A DNA stretch of 64,000 nt, from the NCBI GenBank assembly GCA_964624905.1, contig CAZUYK010000009.1, positions 258 through 64,257 on the forward strand. Reading direction: 5' to 3'. The translations under genes and the position numbers were made by a program. This DNA comes from an uncultured Candidatus Peribacteria bacterium (GTDB lineage: Bacteria; Patescibacteriota; Gracilibacteria; Peribacterales; Peribacteraceae). Below are positions 44,831 to 54,956 of the stretch, piece after piece. The notes below the pieces were generated by a model. The model searched no databases, was not told the origin of the DNA, and saw only the letters and a list, made by a program, of their open reading frames with translations. The stretch's first letter is position 1. Every line of letters starts with the position of its first letter.

Positions 44831-46023
44831 CGCTTGGCCTGCAATTCCAACGTGAACTCTTTTTCCACGCGTTCGCGTCCCGCTTCGCCCATCCGTTTTG
44901 CCAGTGCTTCGTCCTTCAAAAGGGTGATGATATGGTTCGCGTAGGTATCGGTGTCCCGGGGGTCCATCACGAAGCCCGTCTTTCCGTGCTCCACGATCTC
45001 CGCAGTACCCCCGAAGATCGTCCCGACGACGGGCTTGCCCGCGGTCATCGCCTCAATGTTCATCATGTTGAACGTATCGAGGCAGAGCGAAGGCGTGGTC
45101 ACGACATCTGCGGCTGCGAATGCAATCCGTATCTCCTGAGGCGAGAGCCAACCGGTACATGCGTACCACTGCGACAGGGTGGACGACCGGTCTTCGATCG
45201 CAACGAAGGAATCCCACTTCGCGCTGTCGCCCGTCACGAGCAGAAGAACATCGGGGCATTCTGCCTTCACTTTTGCTAATGCCCGGAGGATTTCGAGCGT
45301 CCCCTTGTCCACGCTCAAGCGACCCCCGAAAAGAATGACTTTTCGTCCATCCAGACCGTGCTTCTTTCGAAATGCCGATATTTGCTCGGATGTGACGGGG
45401 GGTTGGCGGGTATCGATGGCATTATGGACGACGGTAGTGTGGGTGATGTGGTTCTGATTGAGCCCTTCTTCAAGTGCAGCGCTCACCGGAAGGACGCGTC
45501 GCACAGTGCGTTGTAACGCGCGTCGAATACACACGTTGCGAAATGGGTTGTATTGGAGGCCGGCTGCATTCAGATGGTCCGCGACCGTGACTCTGCAGTC
45601 CCGCCCCTTGGAAGCTAGGAAGCGGGGCGTGGCCAGGCGGCGGAACGCGAAGCTCATCACGTCGTGCATGGTGATGAACACGGGAGCCGACAGTGCCGCG
45701 ATACGCAAAGCGTCGTATGTCAGGTAGGTGTGGACATTGTGTGCATGGACGACGTCAGGCCGCAGTGCGGGAATGACTTCCTTCAGTATGCGCGTCACCG
45801 ACGGTCGATACAGGCACAGCCAGTGGCGCAAGGATGGCCTGTACGAGACGGGCAGGGATGTCACATGCCCCTCGCGGATGATATCGGCGTCTTGTTCTTT
45901 CCGATGTGTTGTGAGGACGTGCACATCGTGGCCTTGGGCTTCGTACTGCACGCGCAGGTTCTCCACGATCGTGGAGGTCGCGCCCGGTTGCCGGTATTTG
46001 TCGTTCATCAGGAGGATCTTCAT
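44794..46023 (-). CDS. GT4 family glycosyltransferase
   Basis: PSLCLDTFNMMNIEAMTAGKPVVGTIFGG. Its 3' end overlaps the convergent GT4 gene by 37 nt. Confidence 0.85.
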   Translation of the reverse strand: MKILLMNDKYRQPGATSTIVENLRVQYEAQGHDVHVLTTHRKEQDADIIREGHVTSLPVSYRPSLRHWLCLYRPSVTRILKEVIPALRPDVVHAHNVHTYLTYDALRIAALSAPVFITMHDVMSFAFRRLATPRFLASKGRDCRVTVADHLNAAGLQYNPFRNVCIRRALQRTVRRVLPVSAALEEGLNQNHITHTTVVHNAIDTRQPPVTSEQISAFRKKHGLDGRKVILFGGRLSVDKGTLEILRALAKVKAECPDVLLLVTGDSAKWDSFVAIEDRSSTLSQWYACTGWLSPQEIRIAFAAADVVTTPSLCLDTFNMMNIEAMTAGKPVVGTIFGGTAEIVEHGKTGFVMDPRDTDTYANHIITLLKDEALAKRMGEAGRERVEKEFTLELQAKRYLSLFAEAVRS

Positions 46024-46763
46024 ATCCGGTCGGGGAGGAGATCTCCATTGGTCACGTGTTCCACGTTCGGGTGGGTCGCGACGAATGCCAGGAATGCGTC
46101 GAGATCATTCCAGAGGCCGAGCCTCTGTACTTCCGCGCTGTGGCCCCACAGGTGGAACACGGGCTCATTGCGTTCGATCGCTTTCGTAAACAACGCCTTG
46201 GCCAAAGACAACCAGCTCCAGCGGTCCTTCCAAGGGATACCCAACTCATTCAATCTTTTCCTCTGCGCGCGCAGGCCCGACAAGGGATCGAAAACATGCC
46301 ACCATTTGCGGTACGCGGCCCTCCAAGGGAATGGGTAGACCTGCAAACTCGTCGGCATGGCGAATGGATCCGTCATGTCAAAACACAACGGCTCGACGGT
46401 TCGCGCGCCCTTGTATCCCGCCACTTTCACGAGCGTTTTCACCGCGTCGTTATAGTTTCCTTTCGGATAGCAGAACATCGTGCAGGGCTTTTGCAGGATA
46501 TCTTCGAGTCGCTTCTTACTGCCTTGTATTTCTTGCTTCGCGTCGTCGGCCGGGATCGTCGCCAGCTTGGGGTGGGTGAGGGAGTGGGCCCCGATTTCCA
46601 TCGTCTGCGCGAGCGTTTTTAAATCCGCTTCCGTTAGCATAGCCTGGCCGTGTTGTTGCACCGGCGCGACGTAGAACGTTCCCATGCATCCGTGCGAGCG
46701 CAACATCTCCGCAAGCGGGAGATCCAATGCGTAGCCGTCATCCCAAGAAGTGGTGAAGCGCAT
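46020..46763 (-). CDS. polysaccharide deacetylase (CE4) family protein, paralog A
   Basis: FTTSWDDGY, IGAHSLTHP and FCYPKG motifs. Confidence 0.8.
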   Translation of the reverse strand: MRFTTSWDDGYALDLPLAEMLRSHGCMGTFYVAPVQQHGQAMLTEADLKTLAQTMEIGAHSLTHPKLATIPADDAKQEIQGSKKRLEDILQKPCTMFCYPKGNYNDAVKTLVKVAGYKGARTVEPLCFDMTDPFAMPTSLQVYPFPWRAAYRKWWHVFDPLSGLRAQRKRLNELGIPWKDRWSWLSLAKALFTKAIERNEPVFHLWGHSAEVQRLGLWNDLDAFLAFVATHPNVEHVTNGDLLPDRI

Positions 46764-46766
46764 GGG

Positions 46767-48089
46767 TCAGAAGGCGTGGTCGGATTTCAGTAAACGATAG
46801 AGATATACGTTCAGCCACAAGCCCAGCGCGAGTACCCCGAAAATGGCGAGGAGGAACGCGTTGAGCGGATCAATGATGGGCATAAGCAAGGCCATGGCCA
46901 CCATTATCAGGGGCATGGTGACAATGTTCCAAAGGGCGGGCAGATGGGCTTTTTTGAAGAGGCGGAAGAGCGGTTGGTTCACCAGGTTCAGCGCGCTGAT
47001 GATGCGGATAAGGACGATCCAAAGAGCGGGTGTGATGGCCGCGGAGAATTCCGCTCCGTAGAAAATCAGGATGAAGTACGGAATGACCGCGAGTGCCGCC
47101 ATGCTTGCGGCCGTGTGGATGAGCAGTGCGTGCTTCACGAGCAATGCGCAATTGCGACGCAGGACATGCGCGCCTTGCGCGCGGAGCGCGGGCAGCACCG
47201 TCGTGGACATGCGTGCCAGCTGGGGCAGGATGAAGGTGCTGGGCAGCGATCCGATCTTGTACGCAAGCTGTGCGAAGCCGACGACCGCGGCAGAGGTGAA
47301 GAAACTCATTACGAACAAGAAGCCCTGAGGGAAAAGATTGCCGACGTTCTTGTCGACGGCGATCCAGAACCCCTGCTTCATCATGGGCAGCATGGATCCT
47401 TTGGAGCGGAAAGATGAGCGCAGAGAAGGGAGTTTGAATTGCGTCGAGATATTGCGATGAATGACGATACGTGTCGCGAGCATGATTGCTTTCGTCACGA
47501 ATAATCCCACGAAAATGCCGAGCACGCCCCATCCCATCAGGACCAGGCCGACCGACAGTATGCACTGCAAAAGCGTATCGACGTTCTCCAGGATCGTGAG
47601 TGTGCGAATGCTTCGTACGCTTTGCATCATCGTGACGAACGGCGCTTCCCACCCCGCGATCATCGCGGAGAGGAACGCCAATGCCGCAGCGAACCCGAGC
47701 GCGGGCAATCCGTAGAAACGGTCCATGATCTCCGTCGCACCGAAGGCCAGCAGCATCAGAATGATCGCCGCGATTCCCGTCAGAAGAAAGCAGTATTTAA
47801 TGACCGTGCGCATGCCGTCGTTGTTTTTCAAGCTGTATTGTTCCGCGAAGAAGGTATCGGCGGCCTGGTTCTGTCCGAAGTTCGTGAAAACCGAGAGAGT
47901 GCCCGCGACGGTCGTCACCACTGCGTACTGTCCGAATCCTTCCACGCCGAGTAAGCGCGCAAGCACGATGGATTTCACGAAACCCACGCCCATGCTCAGC
48001 ACGTTCCCGACCTGCAGCGTCACTACATCACGCACGAATCGGCGCGCAAACAACCGCTGGAGGATGCCAAAGACGGACGGGGTGGCCAT
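46767..48089 (-). CDS. Wzx-type oligosaccharide flippase (MOP superfamily)
   Basis: 440 aa with about 12-14 TM helices. The N-terminal region RRFVRDVVTLQVGNVLSMGVGFVKSIVLARLLG is typical of polysaccharide biosynthesis flippases. Confidence 0.75.
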   Translation of the reverse strand: MATPSVFGILQRLFARRFVRDVVTLQVGNVLSMGVGFVKSIVLARLLGVEGFGQYAVVTTVAGTLSVFTNFGQNQAADTFFAEQYSLKNNDGMRTVIKYCFLLTGIAAIILMLLAFGATEIMDRFYGLPALGFAAALAFLSAMIAGWEAPFVTMMQSVRSIRTLTILENVDTLLQCILSVGLVLMGWGVLGIFVGLFVTKAIMLATRIVIHRNISTQFKLPSLRSSFRSKGSMLPMMKQGFWIAVDKNVGNLFPQGFLFVMSFFTSAAVVGFAQLAYKIGSLPSTFILPQLARMSTTVLPALRAQGAHVLRRNCALLVKHALLIHTAASMAALAVIPYFILIFYGAEFSAAITPALWIVLIRIISALNLVNQPLFRLFKKAHLPALWNIVTMPLIMVAMALLMPIIDPLNAFLLAIFGVLALGLWLNVYLYRLLKSDHAF

Positions 48090-48118
48090 GCCGGGATTGT
48101 AGCATGGAAAAGCCCGCG

Positions 48119-48844
48119 TTACCCCTGCTTCACAAGGGCTCCATTGGGGCTATGGGTCATGTTTTCGAATGACGCGACGAATGCCAGGAATTCCTCCAAT
48201 TCATTCCAGAGGCCTAGGTTTTCCAGTTCCCAACTATGTCCGCGCAGGTGAAACCAAGGCTCGTTCCGTTCGTACGCTCCGCGAAAAACAGCCCGTGCCA
48301 TGGCGCCCCAACTGCGGTAGGCGCCAAGTCCGATGCCCAATTCCTTCAGGTGCGGCCACGCCCTGCGCACGGGATCCATGAAGCGACGGTTGGCGATGGG
48401 CCGGAACGGGAAGTGGTACAGATGCAGCGTGGAGCCGAGCAGGTACGGGTCGTTCCCGTCGAATGCATACACCTCCGTTGTTCTCGCGCCCGTGAATCCC
48501 GATTGTTCCACCAAGCGACGGACGGTCTCGTTCCATTCCCCGCGCGGGTAGCAGAACATGCCGACGGGTTGTCCCAGAATATCTTCCAACCACGTCTTGG
48601 ATCCGCGGATTTCCTCCTCCGCCTGCTGCGGGGAAACGTCTGTCAGGATCGGATGGGTCAGGGTGTGCGCGCCGATTTCCATTCCTTCGGAGAGTTCCTT
48701 CAATTCCGCGTCCGTCATCGCCACCGGTACGCGTGGATGCCGTTTGGCGATATAGAACGTGCCCGTCATGCCGTATTTGCGCAGCAAAGCCGCGACGCGC
48801 AGGTCCAAGGGGTGGCCGTCGTCCCAGGAAGTCGTGAAGATCAT
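48119..48844 (-). CDS. polysaccharide deacetylase (CE4) family protein, paralog B
   Basis: FTTSWDDGH, IGAHTLTHP and FCYPRG, colinear with the 46020 protein. ORF ..48940 trimmed to MIFTTSW. Confidence 0.8.
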   Translation of the reverse strand: MIFTTSWDDGHPLDLRVAALLRKYGMTGTFYIAKRHPRVPVAMTDAELKELSEGMEIGAHTLTHPILTDVSPQQAEEEIRGSKTWLEDILGQPVGMFCYPRGEWNETVRRLVEQSGFTGARTTEVYAFDGNDPYLLGSTLHLYHFPFRPIANRRFMDPVRRAWPHLKELGIGLGAYRSWGAMARAVFRGAYERNEPWFHLRGHSWELENLGLWNELEEFLAFVASFENMTHSPNGALVKQG

Positions 48845-49488
48845 GCGCGGGTGGCAAGGATGTTGAAGCCCATCGTGAACACTCCTGTTGCGGCTGAGCG
48901 GTCGCGCGCGTCTTTGCGAACCGCCCTCTTGCCCAGCCATCCGAATACGACGGATGCGAGGTTGCCGAGGATGCGGCGGTCGTACAGATCGTATTTTAAA
49001 ATGAGGTAGCGTTCCCTGTTCTGCAGTTGCTGGCAGTGGAAACCTCCCCGCGGTTCGATGCGGATGTCTTTGAAATCCTTGGAAAGGAGATGGCGCAGGC
49101 CGTCCGGAGCGAACTGCCAGTAGTATCCTTCGCGGTTCGCCGGAGTGGACATGAAGCTGACCGTGGCCATGAGCGTGCCGCCTTTTTTCAGCACGCGAGC
49201 GATTTCATCAATCGCTTTCTGGATATCCTTGATGTACATGAGCACTTCGCAGCAGAGGATCGCGTCGGCAGAGGAGTCCTCCACGGGCATGTTCTCCGCT
49301 CCCGCCACGATATCCGGGTGCGCGGAGGCATCTGGATCGATCACGGTGTATGCCTTCGCATGGGGGAAGAATTCCCGGTAGCGCTTCCCGTCCTGTCCGC
49401 CCACATCCAGGATGCCCCCTTGGAGCAGGGGGGCGTTTTGGCGGACGAAGCCGGCCAGGAGGGTGCGGTCGATCTGGGAAATTTTCAT
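48841..49488 (-). CDS. class I SAM-dependent methyltransferase
   Basis: ILDVGGQDG (motif I), DAILCCEVLMYI and VLKKGGTLM. ORF ..49749 trimmed to MKISQID. Confidence 0.8.
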   Translation of the reverse strand: MKISQIDRTLLAGFVRQNAPLLQGGILDVGGQDGKRYREFFPHAKAYTVIDPDASAHPDIVAGAENMPVEDSSADAILCCEVLMYIKDIQKAIDEIARVLKKGGTLMATVSFMSTPANREGYYWQFAPDGLRHLLSKDFKDIRIEPRGGFHCQQLQNRERYLILKYDLYDRRILGNLASVVFGWLGKRAVRKDARDRSAATGVFTMGFNILATRA

Positions 49489-49523
49489 GGTATGGGTACT
49501 ATAGCGGAGTTCCCGCCTTCTGC

Positions 49524-50642
49524 ATGCCCTCCCGTTCCATCGTCCTGTCTGCCGCGTACGGCATGGGAAACATCGGCGATGAGGCCATTTGCGACGCACT
49601 CCTCGGCGATATCTTCGCAGTGAATCCAGACGCTTTCGTGACGGTGCTGGCATGGAGCCCGTCGACGTGGAAAAAGGCGCATCCGGGTTTGGCCGAAAAT
49701 ACGAAGGTGCGGGTTGCGCAATGCTTGTTCGTCCGCTCGCAGTGGGCATCGCCCCGAGCCTTGTTCGGATTCTTCCGGACGATATGGACGATCGCCCGGT
49801 GTGACGCCTTCCTGTGGGGAGGGGGAGGGATCGTCCGCGACCGTACCTACTGGTTGCGCGGATACCTGTGGAGCCTGAGGGTCGCTCGTTTCTTCCGCCG
49901 CCGCATCGCGGTCGTCGGGATCGGTGTGGATCGTATCGAGTCGCAAGAAGTGAAGTCGATGCTTGGGGTCCTGACAGACGCGGAGGCCGTCACAGTGCGT
50001 GATCCGCAGAGCGCGGAGAACCTTCAGGCCGCAGTGCCGGGTCTGACCATTTCGGATGTCATCCGAGATCCGGTCTTCCATTATCCGGTGTCCGACCATC
50101 AGTCTTCTGGCAGTCGAACGATCGCGTTGAACCTGTGTAACCGTGACGGGGCCAATACGCTCAACGATGAATTCAATGTATTTGCCGATCATCTTGCGCG
50201 AGTTCTCGCTGCCCTTCATCAAGAGAAACCCATCTCTCTGATTGGCGTTCCCACAGATCCGCGCGACGAGCTCTTCATCCGTCACGTCGCATCTCTCGTA
50301 CCGTCTATTCCTTTCTCTCTCCAGCCCGTTACGTCACCTTCCGCATACATTGATGCGGTTCGCAGGACCGATCTCCTTTTGGGCATGCGTATGCACGGCA
50401 TCATCCTGGGTGCTGGCGTCGCAGGTCTGCCGGTTGCGGGTTTCTTGTATAGCAAGAAAGTGGAAGAGCTGGTCCATGCGTCCGGGGCTTCGGGGGATTT
50501 CTTCCCCTTCGGCACTTTCGATACGGAAACAGCCGTTACGCGGTTCCGTCGGCTGCTCGACGAACCCGCCGTTCCCGCGTTTGCGGCGCATGTGCAGGAC
50601 TCGCTCCGTATCCGCGCCTTCCTTACGCCTTTTTTGGCGTGA
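49524..50642 (+). CDS. polysaccharide pyruvyl transferase family protein
   Basis: N-terminal SAAYGMGNIGDEAICDALL and a later MRMHGIILG, typical of the CsaB/WcaK-type family. Confidence 0.6.
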   Translation: MPSRSIVLSAAYGMGNIGDEAICDALLGDIFAVNPDAFVTVLAWSPSTWKKAHPGLAENTKVRVAQCLFVRSQWASPRALFGFFRTIWTIARCDAFLWGGGGIVRDRTYWLRGYLWSLRVARFFRRRIAVVGIGVDRIESQEVKSMLGVLTDAEAVTVRDPQSAENLQAAVPGLTISDVIRDPVFHYPVSDHQSSGSRTIALNLCNRDGANTLNDEFNVFADHLARVLAALHQEKPISLIGVPTDPRDELFIRHVASLVPSIPFSLQPVTSPSAYIDAVRRTDLLLGMRMHGIILGAGVAGLPVAGFLYSKKVEELVHASGASGDFFPFGTFDTETAVTRFRRLLDEPAVPAFAAHVQDSLRIRAFLTPFLA

Positions 50643-51726
50643 GCGATCGGTATAAGTCCTCCACCGCCGGAACCATACGCTCCACCGAGTGTTCTTCCGC
50701 CCATTTCCTGCATCGAGCCGGATCGATTTTTCCTTCGTCCAGGATCTTGTGCAGCCTGTCTGCGATCATCGCCGCGTCACCGATGTCCACCTGGTATCCG
50801 CTCACCCCGTCGCCGATCGCCTCCGCCGTCCCGCTTTCGTTGGGCCCGATAACCGGCGTGCCGAGCGCGTTCGCCTCCAGGAATACCAGACCGAATCCCT
50901 CGAAATAATCGGGAAGCGTTTCTGACGGCATCAGGTACGCGTCCGCGGATCGGTAGAGGCCTGCCAGTGTTTTTTCATCCACGATGCCCGCGAGCGTCAC
51001 GCGGTCTTCCAATCCCAAAGTGCGGATTGCCTCCCTCACCTTTGCCACGTAGTCCGCGCCCGACATGCTGCCGACGACGGTGAAATGGAACGGCGTTCGC
51101 CATGCGTCGCGATATGCCGCGCATCCGGCCAACGCCTGCAGGATTCCCTTGCGTTGTTTCACTCCTCCGACGAGCAGAATCTGTTTCACGTCGTTCTCGG
51201 GTCGCTTCCCGTTCCATGCGGGGAGGGTGATGCCGTTGGTCACGACGGTCGTCCGCTCCCCGAACGCATGGGCCGCCGCGGGGGATGCATATCGCTCCAG
51301 TTCTTCCTCGACCCTGCGCTTCGTGTAGGCGCTCACCGTGATGAAACGTTCGACTGCTTCGTAATAGGACAGGGCGTATTTCCGCAGTCGTTCATGCATC
51401 AGCGGATATACGCCGTACGTTCCGTGCACCGTGAGGACCGTTTTACGCTTCCATGCCTTGGGTAGGTGCGGCACGAGCATCGCGTATGCTTCGACGGTGA
51501 TATGGATGATGTCCGGGCGGACCCTGCGCAGGACGAGGCGCAGCCGCCACGCGTAATACGGCGCCATCCAAGGATGGGAAAGCAGGATGTCCTGCCTCGG
51601 AAGGGGTCTGCGCGTGCACGTTTCCACGTCATGGCCCCGCCCCCGCAACGCCCCGATCAAATCGCGGGCGTACGTGCTCCATCCGCTCTTGCCGCCGGTG
51701 TCCTCGCAGAGGATGAGAACCTTCAT
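50623..51726 (-). CDS. GT4 family glycosyltransferase
   Basis: PSETLPDYFEGFGLVFLEANALGTPVIGPNESG. It overlaps the convergent pyruvyl transferase gene by 20 nt. Confidence 0.85.
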   Translation of the reverse strand: MKVLILCEDTGGKSGWSTYARDLIGALRGRGHDVETCTRRPLPRQDILLSHPWMAPYYAWRLRLVLRRVRPDIIHITVEAYAMLVPHLPKAWKRKTVLTVHGTYGVYPLMHERLRKYALSYYEAVERFITVSAYTKRRVEEELERYASPAAAHAFGERTTVVTNGITLPAWNGKRPENDVKQILLVGGVKQRKGILQALAGCAAYRDAWRTPFHFTVVGSMSGADYVAKVREAIRTLGLEDRVTLAGIVDEKTLAGLYRSADAYLMPSETLPDYFEGFGLVFLEANALGTPVIGPNESGTAEAIGDGVSGYQVDIGDAAMIADRLHKILDEGKIDPARCRKWAEEHSVERMVPAVEDLYRSLTPKKA

Positions 51727-51740
51727 GGAGTCATTGTACC

Positions 51741-52418
51741 TTACCGCGTTACCCGTTGGCGCAGGATCATCAGCGCCCCCTTCACGGCGTCGCTAAAGCG
51801 GATCTTCTTTCCCTGTTCGATCGTACGGGGGTGGTATGTGACGGGGATTTCCGTCACCGCCATGCCCTTCTTCAGCACCTTGCAGCAGATCTCCGCCTCC
51901 ATTTCGAACCCGTTGCTCCGGATATCCAGCGAACGGAACGCCTCGGTCGGCAGCAGCTTGTAGCAGGTATAGCTGTCCGTCAGCTTCGCGCCGAAGAGGA
52001 TGTTCAAAATCGCCGTCATCACTTTGTTCCCGAGCAGGAAACGCTTGTAGATATTGGGGTTGGGCTTCAAAAAGCGGGATCCGAAGACCGCCGAACCGGG
52101 CATTTCTTCCGCCTTGCGCAAAAGCAGGGCGATCTCGCCAGGGTCGTACTCCAGATCCGCGTCCTGGATGACGGTGTAATCGCCGGCCGCGCGGGTGAGC
52201 CCCTCGCGGATGGCGGATCCTTTTCCGCCGTTCGGCTTGTCGATCACGATGTCTTGCGGGCGTGCGTTGCGCTTCAGGATGTCCAGTGTGGCATCCTTCG
52301 ATCCGTCGTTCACGTAGACAATCTGCGCGTCCGGGCAGACGGACATGAGCGTGCGCATCACCGATTCGATGGTCGCCGCTTCGTTGTACGCCGGTACGAG
52401 GATGGATAGCCGCGGCAT
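51741..52418 (-). CDS. GT2 glycosyltransferase, polyprenyl-phosphate sugar synthase-like
   Basis: LSILVPAYNE, VNDGSKDAT and IQDADLEYDP in a short 225-aa form. It overlaps the upstream membrane protein gene by 1 nt. Confidence 0.85.
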   Translation of the reverse strand: MPRLSILVPAYNEAATIESVMRTLMSVCPDAQIVYVNDGSKDATLDILKRNARPQDIVIDKPNGGKGSAIREGLTRAAGDYTVIQDADLEYDPGEIALLLRKAEEMPGSAVFGSRFLKPNPNIYKRFLLGNKVMTAILNILFGAKLTDSYTCYKLLPTEAFRSLDIRSNGFEMEAEICCKVLKKGMAVTEIPVTYHPRTIEQGKKIRFSDAVKGALMILRQRVTR

Positions 52419-53566
52419 CAGGTGAGGACGTAGGGATGGGTGATGAACGCGAGGCCGAAGCCGATCGCCAAGCCCAATACCAAAACCGCGGCCGCGATCG
52501 CGCGCGCCGGCATGGTATCACGTTGCGCCGCGTAGAGAAGGAGCAGCGGATACACAGGCGTGATGACGCGGCCGATGGACGTGATCGAGCCCCAAATGAA
52601 GTCCGGCATCGTCGTCATCAGCGCCAGGAACGCCAGCGCCGAAAGAGGCAGGAATTCCACCGTGCGCCGGGTCCATGCCTCGCGGGCGATCCAGCCGAGA
52701 GCGGGCAAGACGAAGGCAATGCACAGCGCGATCGAGGAGAGCGTGTAGCGGTCGTATCCTTCCCATCCAAGCAGCAGCGGGATCATTGCTTGGAACGGGA
52801 GGGCGCGCTTGGCGCCGCTGTCCAAGAAGGGGATATCTGCGAAGACGATGTAGAGAAGGCCGTGGAAACAGAAGAAGACGATGATCGGGACGAGGGATGC
52901 CGCCGCTTCTTTCCATCGGCGTTTGAAAAGCAGGAAAAGCAGGACAAGTCCCGCGAACAGCACGTTCACTTCGCGCGTGAGCACGAGCAGGGACAAAAGA
53001 AGCGTTCCGACCGCGTCGACTGTTTTCCTGTTGTCCCATCGGATCAGGAAGGCGGTGAGAAGCAGGATCGTCAGCGGTTCGCCCAGTGTGAAGTGCAGCC
53101 CGATGAGTGCCGCAGGGGAAAGTGCGAGCGCGAGCGCGTAGAGTGGCTTGCGGGTTTTTCGGAGAACCAGGTAGCCGGCGCCGAAGAGGCATAGCAGGTT
53201 GATCAGGAGGAAGGCCGCGGGCAGCGCGGATGTCTGACCGAAGGCGAGCATGTAAGCCAAGAGTGGAAGAAGAAAACGCTGGTACCCGTAGGACGGCGGT
53301 ATTTCCAGCCGCAGGAATTTCCATTCCGTTACATCGACCATCTTGGGGATGTTGCGTGCCACGTGGTAGTACTGCGCCCCGTCGTAGGCCGGCACCGAAA
53401 GCACGATAAAATTACCAGGAAGGGGATTTCCCTTCGCAAGCTTTCCATCCATATGGAAGAACGCGGTGATGTTGCCCTCGTAGGGCAGCGACGTCAGGAA
53501 TACGATCGTCATCAATGTCGCCACGATCAGCTTGAGAGGCCAGGATGGCAGCGGCTCATTTTTCAT
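52418..53566 (-). CDS. polytopic membrane protein, GT-C-like glycopolymer glycosyltransferase candidate
   Basis: About 10 TM helices. The first extracytoplasmic loop contains AYDGAQYYHVARN, which resembles the PIG-V/mannosyltransferase-type motif. Confidence 0.6.
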   Translation of the reverse strand: MKNEPLPSWPLKLIVATLMTIVFLTSLPYEGNITAFFHMDGKLAKGNPLPGNFIVLSVPAYDGAQYYHVARNIPKMVDVTEWKFLRLEIPPSYGYQRFLLPLLAYMLAFGQTSALPAAFLLINLLCLFGAGYLVLRKTRKPLYALALALSPAALIGLHFTLGEPLTILLLTAFLIRWDNRKTVDAVGTLLLSLLVLTREVNVLFAGLVLLFLLFKRRWKEAAASLVPIIVFFCFHGLLYIVFADIPFLDSGAKRALPFQAMIPLLLGWEGYDRYTLSSIALCIAFVLPALGWIAREAWTRRTVEFLPLSALAFLALMTTMPDFIWGSITSIGRVITPVYPLLLLYAAQRDTMPARAIAAAVLVLGLAIGFGLAFITHPYVLT

Positions 53567-53572
53567 GTTCCT

Positions 53573-54847
53573 TTACAGCGAAAGATACGTCTTTCCTCGT
53601 TGCTCCATGACCTGGCGCGGAAGGACACCCTTCAGATCGTAGAACACCCCCGTATCCGCGAGCGCGTTTGCGTAGGCTTCCGCGGAAATGTCCAGGTATT
53701 CGGCGTGTGGCACCAGGAGGAGTATCGCGTCGTAGGGGGCTTGGTCCAGACCTCCTGGCGACAGGCTCATGCGGCGAATGCTCTCGGCGGGGTAGAACGG
53801 ATCATGTACGTCCACGGCGATTCCTTTGGATGCCAAGGAGGAGATAACGTCGTGCACCTTGCTGTTGCGCGTGTCGGGAACGTTCTCCTTGAACGTCAGT
53901 CCGAGGACCAGCATCTTCGCTTTTTTGGCGGGAACCGATAGTGCCGCGACCACTTGGTCCGCGACATACGCCCCCATTCCGTCATTGATGGAGCGGCCGG
54001 CGTTGATGACGTGCGTATCCATGCCCAACTGCTTCGCTTTCTCCACCAGGTAGTACGGGTCCACCCCGATGCAGTGCCCTCCCACGAGGCCCGGCTGGAA
54101 CTTCAAAAAGTTCCATTTCGTTCCCGCTGCCGCCAGCACCTCTTTCGTCGAGATGCCTATTTTTCCGCAGAGCATCGCGATTTCATTCATATAGGCGATG
54201 TTCAGGTCGCGTTGCGCGTTCTCGATCGCCTTGGCCATCTCCGCTACTTTTATGGAGGATGCGCGGTAGATTCCCGCCTTTACGATGCTTCCGTAGACCT
54301 CGGTGAGGATGTCCAGAGTGCGTTCGTCCTGTCCCGCCACGATCTTCGTGATTGTCTCCACCGTGTGTTCCTTGTCGCCGGGGTTGATGCGTTCCGGCGA
54401 GTAGCCCAGCGTGAAATCCTTTCCGCTCACCAGCCCGGACACGTTTTCCAGGATGGGTCCGCAGATATCCTCGGTGACGCCGGGATACACCGTCGATTCA
54501 TAGACAACGATCATGCCTTTGCGCAGCTGTTCGCCCACGATCTGGGATGCGCTTTCCACCAGCGTAAGGTCGGGCTTATTCTGGCCGTCGACGGGGGTGG
54601 GGATGGCAAGGATGACGATGTCCGCTTTTCCGATGATCGACGGGTCGGTATCGAATGTGATCGACGTACTTTTCAGGGCCGCCTCCGTCAATTCGTTCGT
54701 GCGGTCGAATCCGTTTTTCAATTCGTCGATGCGGCGTTCGTTGATGTCGAACCCGTAGGTTTCAAATCCGTGCGACGCGAAGGCGTGGGCGAGGGGGAGT
54801 CCGACGTATCCGAGGCCGACGATGCACAAAATAGGCTTCTGTTCCAT
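53573..54847 (-). CDS. nucleotide sugar 6-dehydrogenase (TviB/WbpA/CapL-like UDP-N-acetylhexosamine dehydrogenase family)
   Basis: IVGLGYVGLPLA Rossmann start, GFDIN..RI.EL..G and GGHCIGVDPYY (catalytic Cys). Confidence 0.85.
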   Translation of the reverse strand: MEQKPILCIVGLGYVGLPLAHAFASHGFETYGFDINERRIDELKNGFDRTNELTEAALKSTSITFDTDPSIIGKADIVILAIPTPVDGQNKPDLTLVESASQIVGEQLRKGMIVVYESTVYPGVTEDICGPILENVSGLVSGKDFTLGYSPERINPGDKEHTVETITKIVAGQDERTLDILTEVYGSIVKAGIYRASSIKVAEMAKAIENAQRDLNIAYMNEIAMLCGKIGISTKEVLAAAGTKWNFLKFQPGLVGGHCIGVDPYYLVEKAKQLGMDTHVINAGRSINDGMGAYVADQVVAALSVPAKKAKMLVLGLTFKENVPDTRNSKVHDVISSLASKGIAVDVHDPFYPAESIRRMSLSPGGLDQAPYDAILLLVPHAEYLDISAEAYANALADTGVFYDLKGVLPRQVMEQRGKTYLSL

Positions 54848-54956
54848 GATGGGCAGAGTGTAACGGAACTGGGCTGTCGTGAGTAGGTCAAGTATTCCTC
54901 TGACAGGATTGCTTTTTCCTTGCGTCTACAACGATGCGTTCTGCTACTCTCACCCC

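Noticed and set aside
49350-49749. Long N-terminal extensions of the divergent ORFs 48841-49749 (-) and 49350-50642 (+), which would overlap each other by 400 nt.
   Set aside because: The extensions are Arg/Pro/Gly-rich with no motifs. Both domains start cleanly at internal ATGs (49488 and 49524), leaving a 35-bp spacer.
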